Part shown: positions 12,160-25,019 of the stretch, piece by piece
How positions within the stretch are numbered: the first letter of the stretch is position 1
Layout of the letters: the number at the start of each line of letters is the position of its first letter
Translations under genes and position numbers: made by a program
The notes under the pieces: model-generated
The model's input: the letters and a program-made list of their open reading frames with translations, nothing else
Database searches by the model: none
What the model was told of the DNA's origin: nothing
Assembly: GCA_038087875.1 (NCBI GenBank)
Contig: CM075988.1
Coordinates: 15,068,001-15,132,000 of the forward strand
Direction of reading: 5' to 3'
DNA: 64,000 nt
DNA from: Malacoraja senta
Taxonomy: Eukaryota

Positions 12160-12993
12160 TTCTTCTTCTGTCGTGTCTTTTAGACCTGCAGCTCCGTTGA
12201 GGCGAGCCAGGCCAACGTGTCATCGTCCAGGTCAATCAGACCTCGTTCACCATTCGGTGGCCGGTGTTTGGGGCAACTGGTGACTATGTGCTCCACTGTC
12301 TGTGTTGGGTCCCCACACTCGCAGGAGGCGCAGTCCACGAGGCCCCACCTCTTCATCGCTACTCCATAGCGTCCGATGCCTGTCCTCAAGCAGTTGAGGG
12401 TTGTCCACTGCTTTCGGGGCAGGTCCTGGCCAGGGACGTCCATGGGGTCATCGATGTAATGGTGTAGCCTAGATGGTTCCGCTGACTTCCACTGGTCTCG
12501 CCATCTCGTCTTGACCCAGGCAGCCTTAGAAGCTTCAGCCGGTGTTGTGTGGAGCAGCTCTTGGGCTTGCGTGGGATTTACTGGTCTGTGCCTTTCGAGA
12601 GAGGGCCAGCGTGGCTGCTTCTCGTCTGATGTTGGCTGGGGCGATGCCAGCGAGGACGGGCAGTTGGTTTACTGGGGTGGCTCATAGGCATCCGGAGACA
12701 GTCCGCAGGGTGCTGTTGAGGGCAGCATCCAGCTTCTTGGCGTGAGGGCTACGGCACCAGACTGGGGCGCAGTACTCGGTGGCTGAGAACACCAGGGCCA
12801 CTGTGGACATGTACAGTGTCTTTGTCGTGGCTCCCCATGTGGTGCCGGCTAGGCGGCGAATCAGTGCGGCATGGGCGCTTGTCTTTGCCTTGGCACCTTC
12901 CAGGTGTTGTTTGAATGACAACGTTCTTTCGAGCTTCACACCGAGGTACGTGGGGACAGGCTGGGACCGTAATCGGGCGTTATCCAATGTTGA
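12160..12993 (-). mobile_element. Ingi/Vingi-like non-LTR retrotransposon 3' fragment nested in CR1
   Basis: PTYLGVKL...LAGTTWGA...EYCAPVW...LRTVSGCL, then LNCLRTG and zinc knuckle CECG...EHIVTSC; (GAA)n tail; 12-bp TSD agcattaag(g/a)ac at 12148 and 12994. Confidence 0.75.
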
Positions 12994-13341
12994 AGCATTA
13001 AGAACAATCCCAAAAGATTTAATAAATATATAAGGGGGAAAAGGGTAACGAGAGAGAGTGGGACTTCTCCGGAATCAAAGCGGTCACCTCTGTGTGGAGC
13101 CACAGGAGATGGGCAAGGTCCTCAATGAGTATTTCCCCTCTGTATTTACCGAGGAGAAAGACAGTAGGACGGAGGAACTTGGGGCAGTCAATGGAAGTGT
13201 CTTGAGGGCAGTCAGTGTTACTGTCGAATAAGTACTGAAGGTACTGTCGTGTATGAAGGTGACAAATCTCCAGGGCCTGATCAGATATGTCCGAGGACAT
13301 TGCGGGAAACTAGAGAGGAAATTGCGGGGGCCCTGGTTGAA

Positions 13342-13635
13342 GTTCAGATTCAGATTCAGAAAACTTTATTGTCTGTCGTAACAGAAAATCTTCTTTGGCG
13401 TGGCTCAACATACAAACAGGACAATGTACTGATAAGCAGTCATACAACACAGATTTCTGCGAGCACACACCGCGTGTATAGATCTTAAAAGCAAGTATAA
13501 GGATTAAAAACTGTAAAAATAGATAAGATGAAAGTTGTGGATACGTGTAAAGTGACAGTGCGTCAGGGTTAATTTGTCCATTGTTCATTTTTTATTTAAG
13601 CTGTTTATGGCAATGGGTATGAATGAGTTTTTGTG
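13342..13635 (-). mobile_element. 3' end of a third Rex1-like retroelement nested in CR1
   Basis: (TCTGAA)n tail; minus strand encodes KNSFIPIAINS, like the Rex1 C-terminus RNSFIPRAI. Confidence 0.55.
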
Positions 13636-15124
13636 GATGTTTATGAATAGTCCTTAAATACAGGAGAGGTGCCGGAAGACTGGAGGGTGGCATATGTTGT
13701 GCCTCTTTTCAAGAAGGGCTGCAGGGAGAATGCTGGGAACTATAGGCCGGTAAGCTTAACATCTGTAGTTGGAAAGTTGCTAGAGAGTATTCTGAGGGAT
13801 AGGTTATACAGGCATTTGGATCGGCACGGGATGATTAGGGATAGTCAGCATGGTTTTGTACGTGGGAGGTCGTGTCTCACAAATCTGATTGATTTTTTTG
13901 AAGACGTGACCAATAGGGTCGAAGAGGGCAGAGCTATAGATGTGTACATGGATTTCAGTAAGGCATTCAACAAGGTTCTGCTCTGGAAGGTGTGATCGCA
14001 TGGGATCCAAGGAGAGATAGCTGAATGGATAGCAAATTGGCTCTATGGAAGGGAGCAGAGGGTGATGGTGGACGGTTGCCTCTTGGACTGGAGGCCTGTG
14101 ACTAGTGGTGTGCCTCAGCATTCGGTGCTGGGCCCGTTACTGTTCGTCATGTACATCAATGATTTGGATGAGAACATACAGGGCAAGATTAGCAAGTTTG
14201 CTGATGATACAAAAGTGAGTGATTTTGCAGATAGTGAAGATGGATGTAAAAGATTGCAGCAGGATCTGAATCAATTGGCCAGGTGGGTGGAGGAATAGTT
14301 GATGGAATTTAATACAGAGAAGTGTGAGGTGTTGCATTTTTGGACTTCGAACAAGGGCAGGACCTACACAGTGAATGGTAGGCCTCTGGGTAGTGTTGTA
14401 CAGGTGCATGGTTCCTTGAAGGTCGAGTCGCGGGTTGATAGGTGGTAAAAAAGACTTTTGGCACTTTGGCCTTCATCAGTCAGAGTATTGTGTGGAAGTT
14501 GGGAGGTCATGTTGTAGTTGTGTAAGACGTTGGTGAGACCGCATTTAGAATATTGTGTTCAGTTCTTGGCACCATGTTATAGTGTCAAGCTTAAAAGGGT
14601 TCTGAAAAGATTTACGAGGATGTTGCCAGGACTAGAGGGTGTGAGCTATAGGGAGAGGTTGAGTAGGCTGTTTCTCTATTCTATGGATAGCAGGATAATG
14701 TGGGGTGATCTTATAGAGGTGTACAAACTCATGATAGGAATAGATCGGGCAGATGCACAGTCTCTTACCCAAAGTAGGGGAATCGAGGACCAGAGAACTT
14801 GGGTTCAAGGTGAAGGGGAAAAGATTTAATGGAAATCTGCGGGGTAACATTTTCACACAGAGAGTGGTGGGTGTATGGAACAAGCAGCCAGAAGAGGTAG
14901 TTAAGGCTGGGACTATCCCATCGTTTAAGAAACAGACAGGTACATGGATAGGACAGGTTTGGGGGGGATATGGACCAAGTGCAGGCAAGTGGGACTAGTG
15001 TAGCAGGGACATTGTTGACCGGTGTGGGCAAGTTGGGCAGCAGGGCCTGTTTCCACAATGTATCACTACGACTCTATGACTAAAAAGTTTACCTACCTTA
15101 ACACTGATAAGAGAATTTGTTAAT

Positions 15125-17203
15125 GCTAAAGGATCAGTTCCTGTGGATTGGAGAATAGCTAATGTTATCCCACTTTTCAAGGAAGGAGCGTGAGAGAAAA
15201 TGGGGAATTATAGACCAGTTAGCCTGACTTCGGTGGTGGGAAAGATGCTGGAGTCAATTATTAAAAAGGTAATAATGGGGCATTTGGATAGCAGAAGAAG
15301 GATTAGTCCAAGTCAGCGTGGATTTATGAAAGGAAATTCATGCTTGACTAATCTTCTGGAATTTTTTGAGGATGTGACAAGTAAAATGGATGAAGGGAAC
15401 CCAGTGGATGTAGTGTATCTAGACTTTCAGAAAGCCTTTGATAAGGTCCCGCACGGGAGACTGGTGACTAAAATTAGAGCACATGGTATTGGGGGTAGGA
15501 TGTTGACGTGGATAGAAAATTGGTTGGCAGACAGGAAGCAAAGAGTAGGAGTGAACGGGTCCTTTTCAGAATGGCAGGCAGTGGCAAATGGAGTGCCGCA
15601 AGGCTTGGTGCTGGGGCCGCAACTGTTTACCATATATATTAATGATTTGGAAGAGGTAATTAGGAGCAACACTAGCAAGTTTGCGGATGACACGCAGCTA
15701 GGTGGCAGTGTGAACTGTGAAGAGGATGTTAGGAGGTTGCAGGGTGACCTGGACAGGTTGAGTGAGTGGGCAGATGCGTGGCAGATGCAGTATAATATAG
15801 ATAAATGTGAGGTTATCCACTTTGGCAGCAAAAACAAGGGGGCAGATTATTATCTCAATGGGGTTAGGTTAGGCAAGGGGGAGGTGCAGCGAGACCTGGG
15901 TGTCCTTGTACACCGGTCACTGAAAGTTGGCATGCAGGTACAGTATGCAGTGAAGAAAGCTAATGGAATGTTGGCCTTCATAACAGGAGGATTTCAGTAC
16001 AGGAGTAGAGAGGTTCTTCTGCAGTTGTATAGGGCTCTGGTAAGACCACATCTGGAGTATTGTGTACAGTTTTGGTCTCCTAATTTGAGGAAGGACATCC
16101 TTGTGATTAAGGCAGTGCAACGTAGGTTCACGAGATTGATCCCTGGGATGGCGGGACTGTCATATAAGGAAAGATTGAAAAGACTAGGCTTGCATTCACT
16201 GGAGTTTAGAAGGATGAGGGGGTATCTTATAGAAACATATAAAATTATAAAAGGACTGGACAAGCTAGATGCAGGAAAAATGTTCCCAATGTTGGGCGAG
16301 TTCAGAACCAGGGGCCACAGTCTTTGAATAAAGGGGAGGCCATTTAAGACTGAGGTGAGAAAAAAACTTTTCACCCAGAGAGTTGTGAATCATCCCTTGC
16401 ACGTCTCCAGTTGGTTCAGAATGCTGCTGCTCACCTTTTAACTGGAACACGTAAGAGGGAGCACATAACGCCTATTCTGGCCTCCCTCCACTGGCTGCCT
16501 GTGTACTTTAGAGTTCATTTTAAGATTCTTTTATTTGTTTTTAAATCTTGAAATGGTCTCGCCCCGCCTTACCTCTCTGAGCTGCTTCATCCCTACGCTC
16601 CTGCTCGGTACCTCAGGTCAGCTGATCAGCTGCTCCTGGAGGTACCGAGGTCTAAGCGGAAGCTCAGAGAGGATAGAGCCTTCTCTGTTGCTGCTCCGAC
16701 ATTATGGAACACTCTACCTTTGCACATTAGACAGGCCCCTTCACTGTCCATTTTCAAAACTAGTCTTGAAACCCTTTTCTATTCCTTGGCTTTTGACCCT
16801 GCATGAGACTTTGCTCCTGTTTTAGTGTTTCTATTGTTTTTTATTGTTTTTACTGTCTTTTAATGTTTTTATTGTTTTGATTTATGTTTATGATTAGTCA
16901 TGTACAGCACTTTGTTGCAACAGTGGTTGTTTTTAAAGTGCTCTATAAATAGTTTAAATTTTTTTATTAAATTGTGGAATTCACAAATTCCACAATTCCC
17001 AGAGGGCAGTGGAGGCCAAATCACTGAATGGATTTAAGAGAGAGTTAGATAGAGCTCTAGGGGCTAGTGCAATCCAGGGATATGGGGAGAAGGCAGGCAC
17101 GGGTTATTGATTAGGGACGATCTTCCATGGTCACAATGAATGGCGGTGTTGGTTCGAAGGGCCTAATGGCCCCCTCCTGCACCTGTTTTCTATGTTTCTA
17201 TGA
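15125..17203 (+). mobile_element. CR1 LINE, 5'-truncated, with uninterrupted 375-aa RT ORF (15200-16327)
   Basis: NYRPVSLTS, YLDFQKAFDKV, GVPQG, SKFADDT, RPHLEYCVQFW; 3' tail ttctatgtttctatg. Confidence 0.93.
16391..16970 (+). mobile_element. L2 LINE 3' fragment nested in CR1 3' region
   Basis: RLQLVQNAAA..EHITPILASLHWLPV motif; flanked by ttgtgaat/ttgtggaat, where CR1 resumes. Confidence 0.85.
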
Positions 17204-17631
17204 AACATTTCCCATGATGGTCATTCATTAGAGAGTTGAAGATCAAATTCTGATCTTCATGACACAAAGGAGTTATTGAGCTTATCACCATCAAAAATGC
17301 TTGTAACAGGCCATCATATAACAAATTCAACATTTTAATATACTAGATCTACACAATGAATTGACATTGAATCTGCCCCATTTCTTGCTTCCTTGTATAT
17401 CGGCTCTTGTGTACTTTGGTTGCCTGAATGTATTGTGCTTTTGAACTAAGGAATGATTTCCTTGCATGCAAACTTTGATATCAGAAAGGAATAACTTAAC
17501 CATTAATAGGGCAATTATGTCCTTCCCATCTATTGTCTCTGAGGGGAAAATATGCAAAATAATTATCTGTTAAAGTTGGTCTATTATTTACTCCATTGTT
17601 GAGAATTAAACAGAGTATATGTTTCCTTTAG

Positions 17632-17771
17632 CACGTCTAAACCTTCCAGCTATCCTCGTGCTGGATGGTTGTGGAATTAACACTGCTGGAGAGGAAAGTG
17701 ACATTGCTGCCTTCTGCACACATGTTTGTGAACTCGACTTATCCAATAACAATCTACAAGACTGGTACGAG
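17632..17771 (+). CDS. TBCEL: TBCEL coding exon 2 ([20 protein letters not shown]...[14 protein letters not shown])
   Basis: ttcctttag acceptor, GAG|gtaaat donor; phase 1 to 0; first LRR. Confidence 0.95.
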
Positions 17772-18292
17772 GTAAATAGGTTATGATCCAAGAATTGCAA
17801 AGTACAGATGGTAGGTTTTACACACATTGCATGTGCCGCTATGTCTTTGGTACGCCATTTCACTAACAAGGTTTAAGAAAACTTGGTCTTTATTCGTGAA
17901 ATTGATTAGCTTTTTCTCCTGTTTCATTTATGGCGTAATCAATTTTTTTCTCTATTAGTCTTCTCTACTTACCTCCTTTTGCAGGCATTGTCTTGTTAAT
18001 GGCACGCAGTTCTAAGGTAGTTACCGTACACAACAGAAAACTCTGGAAACATGATTGAGATCAATCAGCAATTCAGGAGAAAACCAGCAAGCTAACTTTT
18101 TGGGTGCAGCTCTTTCCTCAGAACTATTTTAATCTCGTGCTTCTCCCAGTAAATAATGTTGGCCAGCAATTTAATGCCATATTGGCATCACGGATAATAT
18201 CAGTTCTCTCTTCTGATGTTGATCAAACTCTTTCCAGTAGAGATCACTGGGTCAGAAATAAGAACTTTGAGATTTTTCTCTTCAAGCACAGT

Positions 18293-18595
18293 GGGCGGCA
18301 CAATGGCGCAGTGGACGAGTTGCTGCCTTACAGTGCCAGAGACCCAGGTTCAATCCTGACTACGGGTGCTGTCTGTAGGGAGTTTATGTTTTCTCCCCGT
18401 GACAGCATTGGTTTTGTCCGGATGCTCCGATTTCCTCCTACAATTCAAAGACGTACGGGTTTGTAGGTCATTTGGCTTTGGTAAAAATTGTCCCGAGTGT
18501 GTAGGATCGTGAAAGTGTGCGGGAATTGCTGGTCTGCGTGGGCTCGGTGGACCGACGGGCCTGTTTCCACACAGTATCTCTAAACTAAACTAAAC
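18293..18595 (+). mobile_element. tRNA-derived SINE (HE1/V-SINE-like)
   Basis: A-box tggcgcagtgg, B-box ggttcaatcc, central core, CR1-like tail gggcctgtttcc and (taaac)n. Confidence 0.85.
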
Positions 18596-18596
18596 A

Positions 18597-18895
18597 CGTG
18601 TATCTCTATTCAAGCCTTTCACTATTCGATAAGTTTCTATGAGGTCCCCCCTCATCCTTCTAAACTCCAGTGAGTACAGGCCCAGTGCCGTCAAACGCTC
18701 ATCATATGTTAACCCATTCATTCATGGGATCATTCTTGTAAACCTCCTATGGATCCTCTCTAGAGCCAGCACATCCTTCCTCAGATATGGTCCTCACAAT
18801 ACTCCAAACGCAGCCTGACTAGCGTCTTGTAGAGCCTCAGCATTGCATCCCTGTTTTTGTATTCTAGCCCTCTTGAAATAAATGTTAACATTGCA
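18597..18895 (-). mobile_element. CR1 ORF2 fragment
   Basis: Reverse complement resembles the 15950-16250 CR1 segment. Confidence 0.75.
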
Positions 18896-20489
18896 GATAT
18901 GGAGTAAACTCACTCAAATGTCATGGAGCTCGTAGATAAACATGAAATCTTTATTACCTCTACAAAGCAATCATTAAAAAGTAACAAATGAGATCCAAAT
19001 ATAAGGCAGGAACAGAGATTGGAAATGAATAAAGGGACACATGGATGTTGTATTGAAAGATAGACTTTCACTGTACCGGCCAGTCTTTTCATTATTTTTT
19101 GTTCCTGGCAGCGTGTCCCTTCACCACTCAATAACTAGTGGAAATATTTTATTGCCTGCAATTTAAGTATTCGGTACCATAAAGCAAAATGTTCGAATCA
19201 ACATAAGCAAAAAGATTTTAAGCATTGAAAAATGAATACTAGTGACTGAAATTTTCAGGTGTGTTTCGTATAAGAATTGTAAATTGACACCAAGTTTGCA
19301 AAAAGCTTTCAGATATTTTCGTTTGTCATTGTATTCTTAAAACTAAAAATAAATTGAATATCTAAAATAATGTGGAAAATCCCAGATGGTGTTTCCATGT
19401 CTCATCCAAATGTAGTGTCTACAAATTAAAGGTGTACTATGGCTAATCTCCTGCAAAACCCCAACCTGATTAGCCAAGAAGGAAGATAGTCTCGTTGGGG
19501 AATAACTCTAGCAACTGCAAGTTGATGTTGAGTACTTTTTAATGTGGTTCACTTAGATTGGTTGCAAGGGTAGCATTTATTACTGACCTTTATTTGCCCT
19601 GGTGCATTTTACAAATGTCACGGTAAGCAGGTCATGGAGGAAGTGAATATTTAGTGTGCAAGATTGTACATCAATTATGCAGGCTGCTTTGTTCTGGATA
19701 GTTTGAGACAACCAAAGTAAATGGCTTGTGTCTTGATGATGGAAAGTCTCTGGGGCGCAAGGCTACAGTATTTATGCAGCTGCAGCAGCAAAAATTAAAA
19801 CTGCATCAGTACGTATGGACCCATCCAACATTCTTCAGGGCACAAGGCTGACATTTACCCACACCTGATGCTGTAACATTGCGCCAAAACTTGGATCTCA
19901 ATGTAAATGTCACAACTACTACCATATAATTAGAATGATCCAGTTACGTTTCTAATCAATATTTAATTCTACCCCACCTCCAATCAGCAATTTTCTAGGA
20001 AATACAATGCCGGTAATGTTACTGGCAAGGGGAATTGGTTAGACACTCTTGTTGAAAATGGTCAAAAGAACATCATGTTATTTGCCAATCAACCCATGGC
20101 AAGTCTTGGAGGTAATATTTGAGAAGTTGCAAATAGATGAGGTTACTCATAGCCATTTGTGGCTTATGTTTGGGAGAGGTAAAATAATCGCCTGGGATCT
20201 GCATAGAAATGTTATCAGTACCAAGTAGAACTGCAGCTGTTTCCTTTTGAAAGTTGCAGAAAGTTTGGGAATTCTACATAAATGTACATAAATTACCAGT
20301 TATGTGATGGTGATCCTCCAACTGCATTTCACTACCAAACTAGAACCGATTGTGGAAGACAGAATTACTGGCTGATGTCCAGCATTTGCACCTGAGCAAC
20401 CAATGACCAATTTGGTCAACCAATAATCAGTCTCCAACATTTCTGCCAAGTTCAATGTGATCCCATAACCAGTTACATCTTCTGTCTGA

Positions 20490-21350
20490 CCTCCTTTTTG
20501 CTTTGCATGGAGACCACTATCTCCACAGCTCCTTGGTTTGTTTGTCCCTGTACACCCAACCCTTCCCCAGACAATTTCCCCTGCAACCAGGGGTAATCTA
20601 ACACTTGTCCCAAAACCTTCTGCTTCACTTCCATTCAGCAGCCCTGCCAGATGCAACAGACTTTCATGTGCACCTCTTTAACCATATCCATTGCATTTAA
20701 TGCTCCCGATGTGGCCTCCATTACATCAGCGAAACAGTTGGCAACTGTTTCACTGAAACCTTGTGCTCTATCTGCCAAGGCTTACTGAAGCTCACTAGTT
20801 ATAAGAGTAGAATTAGGCCATTCAGCCCATCGAGTCCACTCCTCCATTCAATCATGGCTGATCTTTGCATCCTAAACCCGTTTTCCTGCCTTCTCCCCAT
20901 AGCCCTTGACACCCGAAGCTGCTGGTTGTGAACCATTTTAAATCCCCATTGCAAAACCAATCTTTTTGTCATCTGTGTCCTCCATTGCCAGAGTGAGACC
21001 ACTGACAAACTCGAAATATAACACCTCATTTTCTGCTTGGGTAGCTTACAATCCTATTCTCCAATTTCAAGTAATACCCCTCAATTCTGCCCCACCCCCA
21101 GCCAACGTGCACATATTTATTTCACCGCCCAGTCACCCAGCTCCTTTCCACTCCTCAGTACACTATTCTCCTGTCCCGAGACCCACATTTGCCATCTGCC
21201 AATCAACCTCCCTCACCTATATTATTTGCATGGCTTTTCTCCTCCCCAATCTCCCTTTTCCAGCATACTCCCCTTTACACCATTCAATCTGAAGAAGAAC
21301 CCTGACCTGAAATATCATGTCCATTCCCTGCACAGATGCTGCCTGACACC
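20490..21350 (+). mobile_element. Degraded Penelope 3' fragment (GIY-YIG region + pLTR) interrupted by a CR1 3' tail (20799-20915, minus)
   Basis: Colinear similarity with 37170-37590 and 22252-22708. Confidence 0.65.
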
Positions 21351-22251
21351 GCAGATAATGGTCTTATGTCATCGGAATCTTGCCACTGAGGCTTGGAAAG
21401 TTATTGCTGGGAAATTACCCGACTGGAAAAGTTGGCCCAATAAACCAGCTGCAAATAAATTGGGCTTCAACCACTGCAGTGAAGTTGTAATTAATCTGCA
21501 GCCATCAATGGAGCAAACATAAATGGCCAAATAGCCTTTTGCTGCTTCTATTTATTAAGTGTCTTTCTTTGGGCTCATTACTCCATCGTTTGCAGATTTC
21601 TCGCTTTGATTCTCATTAATTTCTGTTGTACTAAGGCTTATTGATGGTAGGTTTTCTCATCTAATTTATTTAATTCAGTTCTTGTATCACTTTTGGACCA
21701 AAGCTGTAAGATCAGGAGCTGAGTGAACTAGAAGCCAAAAATTCAAGATTAACAAGGAATAGTGTAACTTAAATACCAAGCCTGTGTAAAAAAATAAATA
21801 AAAAATCCCTGGAGAGAAATTTCTGAAATATTTAACTCTTGTTTTCCAGCAATGTTCCTGGAAGACACAGGGAAACAAAATTGTGAAAGCGTGTGCTAAG
21901 GAGATTGAGATCAGAGACTTGTTGCTAGAGCAGTTATTGTTCTGGTTATTTTTCAGAGTTGATTGGAACCAGCCCAATTCCCAAATGACTGAAAATACCA
22001 AATATAAAGCCCATTTTCGAAATAGGAGCTAAGCTATCAAACCACATCTTTTAAGCCTTGTATATGGTAAACAGGATTACATTTTGTGAAAATTATTTAA
22101 GAACAATCAATTGTGGATGTTAGCTGCCTGAATTCCAGGAATGTGTTTAATACTGCCCCATGTTTTGTGTTAATGTATTCTGAGATGATATCTGATTTAT
22201 AAATATTGTCTAAAAATTGTTTGTTGAATGAGCAAAGAACATTGGCATCTA

Positions 22252-22708
22252 TACCTCCGCTCTGTTCGCAATAACCAACCTGATCTCCTGGTGGCTCAGC
22301 ACTTCAACCCCCCCTCCCATTCCGAATCCGACCTTTCTGTCCTGGGCCTCCTCCATGGCCAGAGTGAATTTCACCGCAAATTGGAGGAGCAACACCTCAC
22401 ATTTCGCTTGGGTAGTTTACACCCCAGCGGTATGAACATTGACTTCTCCAATTTCAGGTAGTCCTTGCTTTCTCCCTCCCTCCCTCCCCTCCCTCCCTCC
22501 CCTTCCAAGCTCTCCCTCAGCCTACTGTCTCTGCCTCTTCCTTTCTTTTTCCCGCCATCCCCCCCCCCCCCCCCGACATCGGTCTGAAGAAGGGTCTCGA
22601 CCCAAAACTTTGCCCATTCCTTCGCTCCATAGATGCTGCCTCACCCGCTGAGTTTCTCCAGCATTATTGTGTACCTTTGATTTTTCCAGCATCTGCAGTT
22701 CTTTGTTA
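22252..22708 (+). mobile_element. Penelope-like element 3' end (GIY-YIG C-terminus + pLTR)
   Basis: LRSVRNNQPDLLVAQHFN..HS...RKLEEQHLTFRLGSLHPSGMNIDF*; 14-bp TSD aacattggcatcta (22238-22251, 22709-22722). Confidence 0.85.
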
Positions 22709-23749
22709 AACATTGGCATCTAATTGGTTGGCAAGCAATTAACTAGATGTTTGGTATTGGTTCCACTTTTTATTTTAAATAAATAATTTTATGCTAACTC
22801 TTGGAAAGTGTCACAGGACTGTAGAATAGCTCTTTGCACAGGACTGTAGAATAGTTTTTTTAAGTATACATCCATGTGCCTTTAAAATTACAATTGAATC
22901 TGCATCCTTTACTCGTTCAGTGCAATTCAGATAAGTCAGTCTACTACAAAATAATGTATTTCCTCATCTCGCCTTTTGTTCTTGGCTTTGTATTTGTATT
23001 GCTGAAAATTTACTGCTTCATACTTCTTGGCATAAAATGTTATCAACTATATATCTGTCCATTTTATGCTCCTGAAGTATTCTTTGCTGTTTACCATAAC
23101 TCCATGTTTTGTGTCATCTACAGACTAAAGAATTAGGCAGGGTATAATCAAAGAGCGTGCCGTTTATGTTCATTAGAAGTAGCACGGTTTCAATATATGA
23201 GGTCACCACAATGTACTTCACATCTATCTGATAAACTGCCATTGACTGCTGCTACTATTTTTCTTATTTCTTTCTTGTCGGTTTTCCATTCATGCTGCCA
23301 CTTCCACTTAAATCTCATGGAGGTTTTGGTAATATCTGTCAAATGTTATTTGAAGGTACATATCTACAAAAGCAGCCATGCTGTCTTCAACAACTCTCTG
23401 TTGCTTCATTAATGAACTCATTGCGTTGGTGACTATGATTTCTCTTTATCAAATCAGCACAAGTTGTAATATAGTAACCCTTATTGAAGTGGCAGTTCAT
23501 TTGGTCTTGGGTGATTCTAAAATGTTCCCAACCTTCAATTGCCTGGCTGTATTTGTGCAATGTATCCTTTTTTTTTAGTTTGTCCTATAAACGTCTGACA
23601 CTTTTCCCATATCTAAAGGAAATTGAAAGATTATGAGAAAGTCCTCTTCAATTTCCACTCAGTTTCCTCTGGTAACCTGCTTGTGTGCTGTCCAGAATAG
23701 ATGTCGTTTTTACACGGTGAAGAGCCAAGCTTTAGAATTGCTTTGGAGA

Positions 23750-24070
23750 TGCAGGGAACTACAGATTCAGGAATCTTGAGTAAAACACAAAGTACTGGAC
23801 TAACTCAGCGGGTCAGGTAGCACCTGTGGCAGGGCTGTATTAGGGCTGGAAAATGGGTGGCGGCGGGACAAAGGCTGGCAATTGATATGTGAGGGACGTG
23901 GGGGTTGGAGATGCATAAAGGGGTGGGATAGTAGGAGAAATGTGCGCGCACTAGGATGGATGCGCCACCCCACCCCCTTCTGAAGAATGGTCCCGAACCA
24001 AAACATCACCTATCCATACCTTCCACAGATGCTGCCTGCCCTGCCGAGTTACTTGGGCACTTTGTGCTGT
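23750..24070. mobile_element. Inverted pair of Penelope pLTR fragments
   Basis: Minus copy acacaaagtactggactaactcagcgggtcagg followed by plus copy ctgaagaatgg...gatgctgcctg. Confidence 0.6.
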
Positions 24071-24687
24071 ATTTAAAATTGCTTTGCTTGTTTTCATTCA
24101 ATCAATTTGTGTTCTACTTCTATCATTTATTGGCATTGTCCTCGTCTTCATTTGATATCTTACTGATGCCTTCTGCCTCCGCGAGCAGATCTCCTTTTGT
24201 ATCCTAAATGCACAACTACTCCTTTAACTTTTACTATTCTACTTGTTCAGATGACATCTGGGTGTCTTTGCTCTTATTTCCTTGTCAAGTTCTTTGCACT
24301 TCATGCATTCAACGTGGTTCTTCACCATATTTATAATATTGTCTTTTATCATTAGTCTCCTGATTTATTTTAGTTTTTATACCATTACCCATCTCAAAAA
24401 TGTGGATGCTCTTTCTTTCCCTCGTGTTGGAAAATGCCTTATTTGTTCTTGACCCAAGTCTTCTTCAACATTCTGAGTCCTCCTACTGTTCACGAATTAT
24501 TTTACCTTCCAATCCACCTCAACCTATTCCCTTTGAAACCACTGAAATGACTCCTTAACGCAAAGAAAAAAACAGCAGGTGCTGAATATGTAAAATTAAA
24601 TGTTAGCAAACATCTATGGAGAGAGTGTTAATTTTGGGTTAATGACCTTTCATCATTAGACCTGAGCATCCTGATTCTTGATTGTTA

Positions 24688-25019
24688 AGGACCTGTCCCA
24701 CGAGCATGCGACTGCATGCGGCAAGCGCGACCAAACCGGAAGCGGGGGCCGCGCGGAGAGTGAGTGACGTGAAGTTCGAGCGAAGTCCGCGGGAAGTTCG
24801 AGCGTGACGTACGGCGTCGAGGCGGCTGCGGGCCGGCAGGCCTTTGCCGCGCGGAATTTTTGGACTGGGTCAGTTTTTCGGAGCCCCGCGCAATGTCTGG
24901 ACCAGCTCCGCACAACTCCATACGGCTCCGGCGATCGAAGTGGGACCGGCCCCGCGAGGCCGTACGGCTCAAGCGACCACGTTAGGTAGCGCTTGCCGCA
25001 TGCTCGTGGTATAGGCCCT
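24688..25019. mobile_element. PIF/Harbinger-type MITE
   Basis: Imperfect TIRs aggacctgtcccacgagcatgcg / cgcatgctcgtggtataggccct; 3-bp TTA TSD (24685-24687, 25020-25022). Confidence 0.8.

Larger units (their letters stand above)
9875..15085 (+). mobile_element. Long CR1 LINE (end of ORF1 plus degraded ORF2), interrupted by three nested insertions
   Basis: ORF1 esterase-like end LYKRDGLHLN; endonuclease YFNARS, ETWL, YYRPP, DFNFP, SDH; RT VPEDWR, NYRPVSLTS, SKFADDTK; 3' tail gggcctgtttcc. Confidence 0.9.

Noticed and set aside
15200..16327. 375-aa reverse transcriptase ORF as a domesticated gene or active element
   Set aside because: 5'-truncated CR1 lacking endonuclease, with a premature stop and an L2 insertion downstream.
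18293..18365. tRNA-like sequence with A and B boxes
   Set aside because: Head of a SINE continuing into core and LINE-derived tail; not a standalone tRNA gene.
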